64,000 bases of DNA, from contig OZ316892.1 in assembly GCA_973895155.1 (NCBI GenBank), forward strand, positions 17,908,357 through 17,972,356, written 5' to 3'. A program made the translations under genes and the position numbers. The notes below the pieces were generated by a model that saw only the letters and a program-made list of their open reading frames with translations, was not told the origin of the DNA and made no database searches. This document shows, piece by piece, positions 1-12,259 of the stretch (the stretch's first letter is position 1; each line of letters opens with the position of its first letter). The DNA comes from Marsupella aquatica. Taxonomy: Eukaryota; Plantae; Marchantiophyta.

Positions 1-2729
1 AGCTGGAATGCAATTCACGGGCCAGCACTTTTACCTTATAGCCGCTGTTTTCTGCCCAAATCATGCACTTTCGGAGTGCATGTATTTGCACACATGAAAA
101 ACGAGGCACGCTTGTACAGTAGTTGGGCATGCGAAATTTTCCATTGCAGCCGAGACAGCCGATGGAAGAGCAGGTATGCTACTTGATGGCGATTAGGGAG
201 GCATGGAGAAGAGACCTTCAATCGAAATCAAATTTAGCTTCAGGACAGTTCAGATTCTTGAAGTCCTGTAGCCCGACTCTGTACAGTCTAAACGACGAGA
301 TTCACGATCAGGTTTAATTTCAACTTGTACATACATCACGTGAAAGAGATCTGCAGTATTTCCATCTACTGTCATTGGGGAGTATCCTTCAGGAGTTATG
401 TTACTCCAATCAAACAATTCACAAGTGAGTTGGAATATTTTCTGTTACTGTAGCTGTGTGTCTTTAGATTGAACACTCGTGGCATATAAATGGGCCTAAA
501 AGGACGCGCCTTCAATGAAGACTATAATGATATAGTGATTGGAATAGTGGATCCGTTCTGCTGTTGCAGCTGACCATACCATAATTTCAATTAAGCTCTT
601 GGTCTAGTTATCCGGGTGTCTGTTGGAGATCTTTGTCCCTTCTCATCTGCTCTTCGGATGGGGAAATCGTTTGATTTACTAGTAGGTTTGGCAGCTTATA
701 CATATGTTCTTACCTATTCTGAATCTGAGACATTGACTTATTTCCTATCATGAACAATGGCTTCTCAAAATGGGGGGCCTGAGATTTGCAAACTAAGCTC
801 TCGCCAAGCAAATATCATGGCAACATGCTATGTGAAACAAAAGGGATCAGAAGCAAAGCTTCATCGGAAGGGAACCAAACTACAGATTTTGTGTTATTAA
901 CTTTTCTTGTGATTTGTATTCATTCCTTGATGTCCTTTAGTAGGGTGTATCCCTTATACTTCATTTATATTTTGCACCCCCTTAATATTAATGATTTAAT
1001 TTGCAATTATAGGAGGCCATTCCACCTTAAGAAGATGCTATGTCACCCTTCATTGAGAGTCATTGAGAGTTGAATGAGAGACCTCATGAGTGCAGGTGTG
1101 AGTCTTATCACTAGACTACATTGTGTGAAACCCCATGAGTGTAAGTGTGGGTTACTTATCACGAGACTACCAGGTGTATACGGTATGCTAAGGAGAGAAA
1201 AGTGTACAAGTGAATGATATGAAAACCTAGCCCACCGGCCCTTTTGGAAGGGATCATAATCCTAGGAGAATTGTTTCACTCTAAAATATATATGGAATGA
1301 CTCAAAACTCTAGGAAGGTTTATTTAACTTACATCAGTTGGATGACATCAATAAATTGGAAGCCATTGAACACAACCTGAAGAACTGTCTGGATGTCTTC
1401 AAGAAGGTCTTTGCTCTCGAGGAGCAGGGTGGCATAGAAACCAAATAAATGTGACGAATTTTTTCACCAACAGATCCTAATGTTAAAGACAATTGTAAAT
1501 GAGGATTTATTTGGAGGAGTTGTGTTAGCAGAAGGGAAGACATGGTGTAAGATTGTCTTGGAAATAACTAAGAGAAAATGCAGTGGCACGGTTGGATACG
1601 ATGAATCATTTGGCTTTAACATCCCACTTTACATGAGAGAGGGCTATTCCGGGGCCCACTTTTCGGTTGGGAAAACCCAATCATATCTGCCATTTTGTGG
1701 CCCCCACAAAATCCTATGTGTAGCTTTCTCTATTTCCTGGGCCCCACCTTAAGGCCATTGATAGTGATCCATTTGGGATCCTAGCATTAGGATTCCTAAG
1801 ACGTTAACTTCTGGTTTGGAATGATCCATATGTAAAGTCACTATTAAAATCGTTTTGCATTAGTGGGAACCGTGAAGCATTGGTATATGAGAAGGCTGTG
1901 ATATATCAAAGGAATGATCAGGTTTGCACTTGCACTGCAAGAAAAGTTAATGCTGTTTTCTTCTCAAATTTAATTGCAATGGTTGATTGGCTTGTATTGG
2001 GGTCCAGAGGAAAAGGGTGGTCTGTTTTTCTTAGGAGCATTCTGTTGCCCCATACTCAAACACAGGGTTGCTCGGGTGAGAGCCAAGTATCCTTCGGTGT
2101 TGGTAGGGGACTTTGGGGCTTTCGGGCGTCTTGGTTCTTTCCTTGTGTTCTCCCCTTTGCTGGGTCTCTGGCCTCTGGGTTCATGTCTCACAGATTTGGA
2201 GTTTTTTCTTATTTGTCCATGATATATACACAAACACTGCCTAAAAGGACTGTCTCAAGGACTCAAGCTTTTGATAATTATTTACTTCTTGCACTAACCT
2301 GATAGTCCCTAGCAGAATGATTTGAAGATTCTATTTCTTGCCAGGGTAACAAAGGCACCTTATGTGGAGGGATGCTAAGAATGTAAGTTCTTTATCTAGA
2401 TTTTGTACATTAATTTTTAACCCTATGATGTCCCTAGATCTAAGGATGATGGACAAATTCTGGCTACTGGATCTAAGGTCAGGTGGACAACAGTCCAATT
2501 AAAGATCTGGTCTGGCAAGTTCGATGAGCCAAAAGTGGCAAAAACTTGTCACATAGTGAATTGGCAAACTTTTGCAACTAAAAAGAGGCTGGTCCCTAAG
2601 TATGTAGGCATTTTGTCTTTAATTAATATCCACTCGATCGTTCTTCTCCCTCCCACTGTGAGGTATTTGATTTTGAACATGTGGCAAAACTTTTTCGTTA
2701 TATAGTAAACAGTACCTATGACTTACATC

Positions 2730-2802
2730 TCCGTTGTAGTCTAGATGGTTAGGATACTCGGCTCTCACCCGAGCGACCCGGGTTCGAGTCCCGGCAACGG
2801 AA
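2730..2802 (+). tRNA. tRNA-Glu (anticodon CTC), nuclear Pol III gene
   Basis: TCCGTTG...CAACGGA acceptor stem; anticodon arm CTCGG-ct CTC ac-CCGAG (anticodon 2764-2766); T-loop GGTTCGAGTCC; TATA-like motif about 30 bp upstream; TTTTT terminator at 2829-2833. Resembles plant cytosolic tRNA-Glu(CTC). Confidence 0.97.
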
Positions 2803-3750
2803 CGCTCCCGAGTAAAGATGGCTACTGCTTTTTCCTCTGCTCATTCTCATTCTCTCGCACTGAGCCCAAGCTTGAAACGAGTCGACTGAACTCTGTGGAC
2901 AGGTTTTTTTATAGCACTCCATGAGAGAGTGAAGCATAGTAGCGATGGATTTCCAATGGAAGACAGAAATGCAGACTGATGCAACCTTCCTCTTCGATCG
3001 TCCAAAGGAAGACAAGTCAAAATAAACAAATCCGCCGAAGTCGACCACAACAGAGACCTTGCAGACCATAGCAATTTGAGACAAAACAAAGTGAAGGGAC
3101 CGGGAAGTTCAGATACCTATGACGAGCAACAGTGGCAAAGGAAGGAGCAAGCTATCATTTCGAGCTGTACATTTTGGTAGTACACCAAGGTTATGCATGC
3201 AACTTATGTGCACAAAGCAAGCGATAGACAAGTCAACTTAAAAGGAAATTTAAAATCGTCTCCTTCTCCCTCTGATCCTCTCATCAACAGAGCACAAAGA
3301 ATGATCATTTTTACAACTTGCATGAATCGACCGACAGGTAAGAAGCCATTTATCACCAGAGGTGGATGACATTCATCAACTCTATCCAGCATTGCTTGAT
3401 TAATTCAAGCATTACAGCTTCCATAGTACAAGTTAACTAGATTTCTCAAAGCCTTAAGTAATTTTAAGGGCAGATTTCAGTTTTGGACTGCCACTACAGG
3501 AGGTCAGGTGAGATGCCGAATAGAAAACAGCTTCAGATTCTCATATCCGTTCTATGACCCGTGCCCTAACCTAGAAAACTTGTCGAGCTGAAACACCAGA
3601 GGTCAGTAACCAAATGCATGGTTGAAAGCCTGTTCCAGAAAAAAATGGTATGTACGATTCTTCTTCACACAAACACAAGGAAGGATGGATGAAGAATTCC
3701 TGCCCTTGGAAAATGACGCCCTCGCTGGCTTCGCTCTCTCGTGCAGTCAT

Positions 3751-4719
3751 TCATTCAGACTTCGCCTCCGTAGTGACTTCAATTTTTGATGCGCCTGCAG
3801 CCTTCTCTGCCTCCCTCTCACCTTGCTTCCTCTTCTCTCTGTCAAGATACTCTTTCAAGAGGTCCTTGGCTTGCGCCAGCTTAGATAGAAGATTTCGGTA
3901 TACGTCGAGGTCTCTGTCTATGCTCAACTTATTGACGTTAAAGGCTTTGGCGAACATCTCGAGAATTGCGGGATCGGACGCTTTGGCGAGTTCGAGCAGG
4001 CGAAAAAGTCCAATGGCAAAAAATCGACTGTAGTGGAAATTGCCCTTCCCTCCAGCTCGCTCTGCAATATCTTTCAGAAGGGTTTCCACTTCTCCGTCTC
4101 TGTCGCCGAAGGACACCACCGAGGTCCCAGATTGCTGCTTTCCCCATTCCTCCAGCTTCTTGGCATCGACCTTATACTGCTCCGGATCCTCCTTCAGCGC
4201 ACCCACGTACGCCTTGAAAATTAGATCCCTATCCTCGGTGCTCGGGAAGCCGTCAAACAGCTGCTCGAACACCGTCACAAACCCCAGACCGAAAATTGCA
4301 TCGTATTGGTAAGTGGCATTGTACCGCATCAGGTGCTGCTGCACGAGCAGCTCCTGCACCACGTTGCTGTAAATGCTGGGCACGGGCCTCTTGTACGCAT
4401 CCAAGAATGCTCGCTTCGTATCTGCCACCGTCGGGACATCCGTGGATGATTTTTGAGCCCCTGCTGCGACAGCTAAAGCCGCGATGGCTGGGACAGCTAA
4501 AGCCGCGATGGCTGGGACAGCAGTAATCCCACTGCGCGACGACGCATTCTTCTTCTTCCCCACCAGCAACTGCGGCAGACGGTGCAATTTCTGCTGCGGA
4601 GAGAAGAAGAACGAGGATGAGCCCGAAGCCGAAGCCGAAGCCGAGAAGATCTCGGCAGAATGCTGCTGCGATGGAAGCTGAGCTATGGCGTGCACCGAGA
4701 GCGACGACATCGACGCCAT
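3751..4719 (-). CDS. THF1: THYLAKOID FORMATION1 / Psb29, chloroplast-targeted, single coding exon (~322 aa)
   Basis: PTVADTKRAFLDAYKRPVPSIYSNVVQELLVQQHL, FHYSRFFAIGLFRLLE and DRDLDVYRNLLSKLAQAK are characteristic THF1 motifs. There is a Ser/Ala-rich transit peptide from the first ATG (4719, MASMSSL). The track's start at 4773 is a TTG. Confidence 0.95.
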   Translation of the reverse strand: MASMSSLSVHAIAQLPSQQHSAEIFSASASASGSSSFFFSPQQKLHRLPQLLVGKKKNASSRSGITAVPAIAALAVPAIAALAVAAGAQKSSTDVPTVADTKRAFLDAYKRPVPSIYSNVVQELLVQQHLMRYNATYQYDAIFGLGFVTVFEQLFDGFPSTEDRDLIFKAYVGALKEDPEQYKVDAKKLEEWGKQQSGTSVVSFGDRDGEVETLLKDIAERAGGKGNFHYSRFFAIGLFRLLELAKASDPAILEMFAKAFNVNKLSIDRDLDVYRNLLSKLAQAKDLLKEYLDREKRKQGEREAEKAAGASKIEVTTEAKSE

Positions 4720-4857
4720 TTGCAATTCCCAGAGAAATCTAGCCAAATAGCAGGCTCCAAACTCCAAACTCAACTCAACTCAACTCAACCGTACTGAACT
4801 ATGGAACTGGGTCACTACTACTGTACTAAACTGTTTGTACAAGGAGAGCAGCAAGCA

Positions 4858-5098
4858 ATCATCAGTTCATCAGTTCAGCTAATAAACCTCAGTTCCCTCG
4901 TTCACGAAAGGAGCGGCAGGAAGGACTTTCACTTTCTTTCGATCATCAGTTCAGTTCAGCTAATAAATCTCAGTTCCGTCGTTCACCAAAGGAGCGGCAG
5001 GACGGACTTTCACTTGCTTTCGATCATCAGTTCAGCTAAATAAATCTCAGTTCCCTCGTTCACGAAAGGAGCGGCAGGAAGGACTTTCACTTTCTTTC
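4858..5098. repeat. ~80-bp tandem repeat, 3 copies, immediately upstream of THF1
   Basis: Unit atcagttcagctaataaa(c/t)ctcagttcc(c/g)tcgttcac(g/c)aaaggagcggcagga(a/c)ggactttcactt seen three times. Confidence 0.9.
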
Positions 5099-5127
5099 TT
5101 CCTGGGAAGGGAACCCAACCCTTGGAT

Positions 5128-5301
5128 GGGAGAAATATTCTTGATGGACCTAGAAAATGAAAAGCTTTACTTGATGGACCCCATGAGTGATCCATACCCT
5201 TGTTAGACCTTTAATCAAGGGGTCCTAAAATCTCATGGGGCCTCATAGGGTCCATTAAGTAACACTTCCCGATTTAGGGGTCCATCTAGTATCTCTCTCC
5301 C
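5128..5301. mobile_element. short degenerate MITE-like inverted repeat (possibly Mutator-derived)
   Basis: Left gggagaaatattcttgatggacc vs reverse complement of the right end gggagagagatactagatggacc. Inner ttacttgatggaccc pairs with gggtccattaagtaa. Flanks ccttggatgg / ccttgatgg look like an imperfect ~9-bp TSD. Confidence 0.5.
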
Positions 5302-5750
5302 CTTGATGGCTTACCCACAAAGTACTTTTCATTCCTTTGGCCGCATTGTCATCAACCATGGAGGAGCTGCACTTTTTTTGTGAGACTAGCCCGATGACCC
5401 CTTCCTTGAGGGTAAATAGATATGAAGAGAAATTATATTACACAATAAAATTTATATGTTATTTTGGTTAGTCTTTGCCCCATCCTTGTTTTTTTGTCCA
5501 TTCTGATTTCAGTTTTGTCTTTATTTAAAGTCAATGTCACTTTTGTTCATCCTCATTTAAAATTTTGATCTTAATAAACTTCATCACAGTTTTGTTGTAT
5601 TGGGAGTTACTGTTTAGAGGCATCACTGTAGACCTAGGCCCTTAAAAGTAGAGTTGGCGCTTTACAGTAAGATGAGGCAGAGGCAGCCTTGCTATGCTGG
5701 TAACTGCACATCAAAACCCAGCATGTTACCATACCCAATATCCTGTAATA

Positions 5751-6052
5751 GGGCATGTCAAAGTTCTCCACTAAACCAAGTGGTACTGCTTTATTTTTTG
5801 GTATGTACCACCCTTAAGGGGTACTTATTTTGGTCGTCCATAGCAATTTTGTTAGGGTTTTATTTTTTGGAAGTACCACCCTTATGGGGTATGTATTTTT
5901 GTAGCCCATAGCAAATTTTTTATGGCTTGATTTTTATGGAGGTACCACCTTTATGGGGTACATATTTTGGTAGCACATAGCAATTTGTCCTGGCTGTAAC
6001 AACATTTTATGTCCTCACTGAGTTACAGCTATATGCTAGCTTTGACATGCCT
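5751..6052. mobile_element. MITE, PIF/Harbinger (Tourist)-like
   Basis: TIR gggcatgtcaaag ... ctttgacatgcct with AT-rich 3-bp flanks (ata/taa). Interior has three ~60-bp repeats containing gtaccacc(c/t)tta(a/t)ggggta. A truncated end of the same family sits at 7422-7472, preceded by TTA. Confidence 0.6.
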
Positions 6053-6056
6053 TAAT

Positions 6057-6411
6057 GCTTTCTTAGACTGTATCCACCAGTCCCTTTACATTCAACCAAC
6101 ACTAAATGTACTGTTTTCTTAGACCCTGTCCACCTTGTCCTTTTAGATTCAGCCAAAAAATAAATGTACTGCTTTCTTAGACCCTGTCTACCGTGTCCCT
6201 TTACATTCACCCACAAAGAAATGTACTGCTTTCTTAGACCCTGACTACCGTGTCCCTTTACATTTAGCCAAAAAGAAATGTACTGCTTCCTTGTAGACCC
6301 TGACCACCCTGCTTCCTTAGACCCTGACCACCCTGTCCCTTTACATTCAGCCAAAAAGAACTGTACTGCTTTCTTAGACCCTGTCCACCCTGTCCCTTTA
6401 CATTCAGCCAA
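6057..6411. repeat. ~59-bp minisatellite, about 5-6 degenerate copies
   Basis: Repeating tgtactgctttcttagaccctgtccaccctgtccctttacattcagccaaaaagaaa. It explains the spurious ORF 6052..6411. Confidence 0.9.
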
Positions 6412-7472
6412 CTATTCTCTCGACCCAACTTGCTCTGCCCCTCGTGCTTGGCTGCCCCACTCCCCCATCACCCCTGGTCAAGGGTGGCCTAGGCCAGGGT
6501 GTTGACATTAAGCTGAATATGATCAAAACTGGCAGGGTGTTGACCATTCAGGGGTTAGCTTGGATGAATCAGAATCCTGTATGTGTCCACAAACCAATCG
6601 GGTGCTATCTCAGGTTGCTTTAGTTGAGTTAAGTTAACCTACATTCGAAATGGGAGGACCTAATGATTAAATTAGTTTTGGGGTTAGATTAGTAATGTTG
6701 ACCAGTTTGGGGCATAACAAACAATCTTAATTTAATCACAGCCATAACACAATACATTCAACTCTAAGTATGCACTCCATAAGTGCAAAGCCAGGCTAAT
6801 TGCAAGACAATCTGTTGTTCTTCTTTTTTATAAGGAGTTGCACTTATTTTGCAACTTGTTAAGTGCAAAAAGGCCTGAAAACTTCCACTATTTAACAGCA
6901 ACTTTATCAGTCAAAACCCTTGATAAGTGTACATGAGTATCAGTAAGGGCACAATCCCATCAAATTAAGCTTACTCACAAGTGCATGCCATTTTTCCGTA
7001 GACTAAAACTTGCACTTATGGAGTACGGGATTATGTTTAGGACAGGGAGACATTTTTTAAGATGAAAGTCACTAGAAGATTCACTGACAGAGCTGCTATT
7101 GCACACTCAGGCATTGGAACTCCGATAGATAAATACACAATTCCACATTCTTGTTGCACTTCACACATAGTGCATATCATGGTAAGTGCACACTAGGGTG
7201 TCTGAAAGCTTCATAGCTACAGATATGACTTTTAGCCAGAAACATATGGCCATCTACAGCTTTTTCATAGGGTTATATATGTAAAAGCTTTAATTTTCTT
7301 TCCCACCAGCCTCTACACTAACTCATTGTCATGGCAGATAACCAATCTTTATAGCAAAACGTTATGAATCATGATCTTGGTAATTGGTCATATCTTGTTC
7401 TGTCCCTAACCTAAACTATTAGGGCATGTCAAAGCAAGGTCGTAACTAAATTACAACCAAGGACATAAAGTG

Positions 7473-7732
7473 CTCCGCATAGTCATCCAACTTCTTGATG
7501 ATATGCGACTTCAAACAAAGCATCACCGCATTCACTGCAATTACTTGTTCTTTTGCCTCCACCTTTTTAATGGAATCTCCTCCTCATCATCGTATATTTC
7601 TCGCGCAGAGAGAAGATGATCTAGGCCCATAGCACAAAGAACTCCTTTCACTTGCTTCTCCCAGAGCAAGTAGTCTGCATGCCCATCAGACTTTTCTACC
7701 TCAAACTTTACACCTCCAAACCTGGATGCCAT
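7473..7732 (-). pseudogene. Copia gag N-terminal fragment (frameshifted)
   Basis: MASRFGGVKFEVEKSDGHADYLLWEKQVKGVLCAMGL fits the Copia gag start pattern (KFEIEKFDG-NF-LW--KM). It continues in another frame as AVNAVMLCLKSHI until cut by the MITE end at 7472. Confidence 0.75.
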
Positions 7733-9450
7733 CTCTTTTCCTTCACAACCCTCTACTCGCTGCACCGATGATTGTACCGGTGTCACATGCGCTTCCTCTT
7801 GCTCCTCTCTCTCCACCTTAAACCGTCGTGGTGATCTTTGTGCTTCAAGCTCCACGTCTTCAAAAATCTCCTCTGAATCACTCATGTGAGAATGCAAGAA
7901 AAAACAACGTTTTCTCAACTTCTTCAAAAAACTCAAAACTTATCACTGCCACGTAGCTCACAAGCCCAACTCTCCAACGCTACAAACCATAATTAAATCC
8001 AAACTCCGACATAAAACTTATTCAGTTTTTTGGTCAGGGTGGGTAAAACTTGGAATTCTCCCCCGTTTTGACCACCTCGGTAAATAACCAAAATATGAAC
8101 TAGGACCCAACGTCGGAAATGCAATTTGATTGGTGCACCACGTGGCCAACTCCCATGGCTACCTCCTTGCCGAAGACGAACGAAAAAAGTTACCATTCGG
8201 CGGACAAAATCTTTGACGGACGGCCAAAAACATGCTCTTTGTTTTTTAGGAATATTCCCGCACAAAGTAGCAGGGCTCACAGGGGGACGTTCCCCTGTGC
8301 AAGCGGTTAAAGTGGAGGGCGACAGGTCCCGGGATGCGGCTACCAATCAGAAATTGGGTAGGAAAATTTAGAATAGGGCCTATAAATGGGGGTTTAAAGC
8401 CCCTTTACTTATTTGTATGCAGGGAGGCGGGGCCGACGGGAGCTATAGTCAGCCGGGTCAAAGAAAAATACGGGGTCCCATAGGAGGTGGCCGCGCGTAA
8501 GGCAGGATGGGGCAGGGGTTGCAAAGGGCCGGGGGGTATTTGCGCCGGCCGGCACTACGTAGCCGGCCCGGCAGCAGTTCGCGGTGGAGGGGGGGTGGGT
8601 CGATGTTGAGGGAGGGAAGCCAAATTTACACTTGTCACCAATAAGGGCCTGATCGAAGAAAAAAAAATTTATCCAATGTGCGATGGAGAGAGCGCGCCGT
8701 AAATGGAGTATTTTTCAAACAAAAAATTTGCTTGTAAGAAATCCAAAAATGCTTGTGGAAATCAAACAAAAAGAACTTGCACCTTGCAACGTTTGGATTA
8801 CGATGAGGAATCAGAAACCAATGTCGGTGGGTCAATCAGTGGCAAAAGTTCAGAACTCCTTCCTCCCGTGGACTAAAATGACAATCTTGGACTCAAAATG
8901 ATCACCTCTTCGTGATCTCTCCGTTCAGCCCAAGCACTTCACGTCTCTCCCTCCGAGTCAAGCGCAACGACAAGAAACCTTGCTCGGGCAAAAGAAGACT
9001 CCATAGCCAGCCAAAAAATCAGAATTCTTCTTTCCCTCGTCCCATCGCACTCGGTACTTACTTGGTAACAAAATAGCTACCAGAACGACCAGCTTGTCCC
9101 GATCTACAAGCGGAGCTATAGTATGTGACGTCTCCTTTGCCATAGAGCTCACACCCTCGAGAAAACAAACTCTGGTCTCTCCTCCAAAAAACCGTCGAAC
9201 ACGAATGTTGCAAACTTTCTTCACAAATTCTAGAATGACAAAACCTTAGATCTCTCCGCACCACAATCTCCGTTCAGCGATTTCTTTGCACCGTTAGAAA
9301 GCCCTAACCCCAATCTATCTGTTGAGCCCATAAACTCCAAGTTTCATGAGATGGAACTCTGAGAAATCCACCGACACTCAACGCTAGAAAAAACCATCAT
9401 GAAATCCCATCACGAACAATGTCACCTCCTAGGCATGATCTATTACCAAT

Positions 9451-9825
9451 TGTTGAGCATAGACAACAATTGCACCGGTAAGCACATGACACATCCAACG
9501 ATCAAGTAGTCAACACAAGAGATACGTGGTTCACCTCCTCGAGGATACCTCCACGGGAACACACAAGAGAGCTTTACTGAACTCTAAGTCCGTCGGCCAT
9601 ACCAAGTCTCCACAGTGTAAGCTCTCCTCATCTCTCAAGTGGCTCCATAATAATGAGCCTAAGTTCCACTTATCCAAGCAAACACCGTTTTACATATAGT
9701 GTGCATCCTAGTTAACCTAACCACGTCTTCGACTATGGTTAGCCTAACTACGGTTACATGTCATAACCCTAGACCTTGAGTAAATACCTAGCAAATAGTT
9801 GGGGTCATCCATATGCTGGTCAACA
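9451..9825 (-). repeat. LTR (~375 bp) of the Copia remnant
   Basis: TG...CA termini with a short terminal inverted repeat. Contains a tacgtggttcacc...cctccacggg segment typical of plant Copia LTRs and a TATA-like tatatg on the minus strand. Confidence 0.65.
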
Positions 9826-11575
9826 ACGCATCATTGAGATTGTCACATCCTCCTTGTGTTTCTTGCATGATTGCAACCCAGTTGCACTTTTGAATCCGAG
9901 TCATCTATTTTTGGAATGTCCCCATATCCCAATCTCTTGTTAGAAGAGATATGACAATGCGATAGGATATGGCATACTGTAGATGTTAAGAATTGACCTG
10001 AGTTTTCAGCTTCTAGTTAGTTTGGCCTTACTAAGGTTAGTTATTGTGGATTACATTAAGATAAGATCCGCTTAGTTTAGGCCCACATGTCTCGGCCCCT
10101 CCTAGGGGGTATAGGCTAGAGGGAGAGCATTCTCTCCCTCATTCTTCACATGTACTTTCTCATGAGCTATGGAGTTTAGATTTTCTCCATCGTGGTGTCT
10201 TGTTGGTATAGTGTGCGATTGAGTGCTCTCATGTTCCACATTGTTGTCTAGCCTGGAGCTGATGATTTCTTATAGTAGACCAGTAATTTTTGGCCTGGGT
10301 TCAAATCTCATCATCCTCTGTGAAAAGCCTAAAATGTGACGACAAAAAAATGAAAACAAGAGAAATCTAAGGAAATTCATAGCTTGATCTATTAATGAAA
10401 GTTGATGAGACCAGGCCCGTGACCAATCTTAGTGGTGGCAAATGGGCTAATTTGGGGGAATGGCACAACTTACCCACTTTTCAACAAACCTTTTTCCTAG
10501 CCCTTGCATCCTTGAACCCCAATTTTTTTGGTTAATTTAAGCTCTTTACTTAAAAATGCCCCTAATTGCTTACTCAACTTTGGCGCCCGAATGCCAAGAC
10601 CCCTTGGGGCAACGGCGCAGCTCAGCCCACTTTCCAACATACCATTTTTTGGCACCCCTTGCATGGAACCCCTTTGGTAACCTCATCCAAGTTTACTTGA
10701 CTCCTTACTTGCCAACGCCAGTGCCCCCTTGGGGTGGTGGTGTGGTTTGTAAAACTTTCCAACATTGGATGTTTGAGAGGAGGTGGTCCCCTCATACATA
10801 CTTTTGGGGACTGGCCACCCTTGGAGTACATTTGGTCCCTATATTTAGGCCTCCAATCCATGCGTCTATGAGGGTTAAACCAAGTGCCAAGAATAAAGGC
10901 AAGGCCGAGAGCACAATGATTGGGGAGTTTGAGAGCGACATGCATCGTCAAGGCCAGTCAAGCAAGGCAGATTTGGGTGAGTCGGCCATGGATGCGAGGG
11001 TTGGCAAAGGCGCAGCCAGGGGCAGTCAGTCAAAGCTGGGCACGGCAGTCTGGCCAAGTGCAATAGTTGGCAGTTGGCTGACCAAGGCACAGGAGGCAAC
11101 ATTGAGCAGCACTCGCGAGGCTGATGCGAGGTAGGGGCTAGTTGAGCCAGTTGGGCAAGGGGTGGACCAATGCAAGGCAAAAGTCAGGCACGGCTTTTGG
11201 GTGAGTCTGGGAGTCGGGGGACTGGGGCAAGGGCCAAGTCAAATCAAGAGGGGAATCGAGCAAGGATGGAGTCACCTTGCCTCGCCCTATTGGAAATCAA
11301 GCAAGTCACAAGGGACTCAAGAGACAGCAGTTGGCAAGGCAGGTAATATTAGGCAAGTCACAGGCGGCACTATGTGCCATTTTTCCTCCTTATTCCTCCT
11401 TATTGCTTACGTGTCCATTTTATTCACCCTGCAATTTTAAAAGACTACCACTGTGGCGCAACGCCTTATTATAGTTCTTGATATCTACAACTATTATTGT
11501 GGGTCCAGCTCAATTTGTTTGACTCATTGGTAGTAAGTCCTATATTTGTTTGTTTTAAAATTACACTAGTACATT

Positions 11576-12070
11576 TTTGCTCATTTTCCGATGCTCCCGC
11601 TGAAACATGAAACAGGCGTCCGATGGCCGGAGTTACGCAAACTTTTGTTTACAAAAGTATCGGAACTTACGATCCCCACAGCTTCGGAAACCCTTTGTCC
11701 GATTCCCAAAACATTGGACATCATTTGCGATACCCCTAATATAGGAACATATCCGATGTCTTGACTATCGGACCCCTCTTCTAAAAATTGTTACTAAGTT
11801 TCCGATCCCTGAAGTATCGCATTCAATGTCCGATTTAGTAAAGAACGGAAATATTGCAATGAAAAATGTATCGCTTAGTGCTTCCGATAGGTTGGGTATC
11901 GGAAATGTTTTCCGAAGTAGTGTTTATCATAAATAATTTTGATGCTACAAGTATCGGAAATGGAGTCTGAAAGGGTTTAAATCGGATATATGTGGTTCGA
12001 GGTCAAGATTTGAACAAGGAGGTCTTCCGATGGGCTTCCGTTGTTTTAAGCATGGGAAATGGTATCGGGA
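11576..12070. repeat. left subterminal repeat array (TCCGAT/ATCGGA)
   Basis: More than a dozen TCCGAT or ATCGGA copies in both orientations, typical of CACTA subterminal protein-binding sites. Confidence 0.9.
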
Positions 12071-12259
12071 ATAAATGGACGTGACTCAAATGCATATATT
12101 ACTTAGGGATTGCAATTTGGATTGTGTCAAGGGACTATATACAGTTGTATCCAAACTTATATCCAACCAATGAATCTTTGGGCACATGTGAAATGACATG
12201 ACAAAATGTATATACTATCCATGAAGATAAAACATATAGGGGTTTTACCTAGGTTGCAT

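Larger units (their letters stand above)
7473..9825 (-). mobile_element. truncated Ty1/Copia LTR retrotransposon (5' LTR, PBS, leader, start of gag)
   Basis: LTR 9451-9825 bounded by tgttgagcat...atgctggtcaaca. Degenerate iMet-type PBS tggtaatagatc lies next to it on the minus strand. A gag N-terminus lies downstream. No pol or 3' LTR seen. Confidence 0.7.

Noticed and set aside
2730-4719. Functional link between tRNA-Glu and THF1 through tetrapyrrole synthesis
   Set aside because: ALA synthesis uses plastid-encoded tRNA-Glu(UUC). This is a cytosolic CTC isoacceptor, so adjacency is likely chance.
6052-6411. 119-aa ORF with repeating AECKGTGW units, and a CRISPR-like look
   Set aside because: It is a translation of a minisatellite. 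There are no unique spacers or cas genes, and the context is eukaryotic.
10250-10330. B-box-like gggttcaaatct, a possible tRNA or SINE
   Set aside because: No cloverleaf, convincing A-box or TSD.
10430-11460. ORF 10556..11134, PBS-like tggcgcccgaa near 10580, and possible hAT-like ends
   Set aside because: No recognisable domain, LTR pair or TSD could be confirmed. Probably a decayed repeat.
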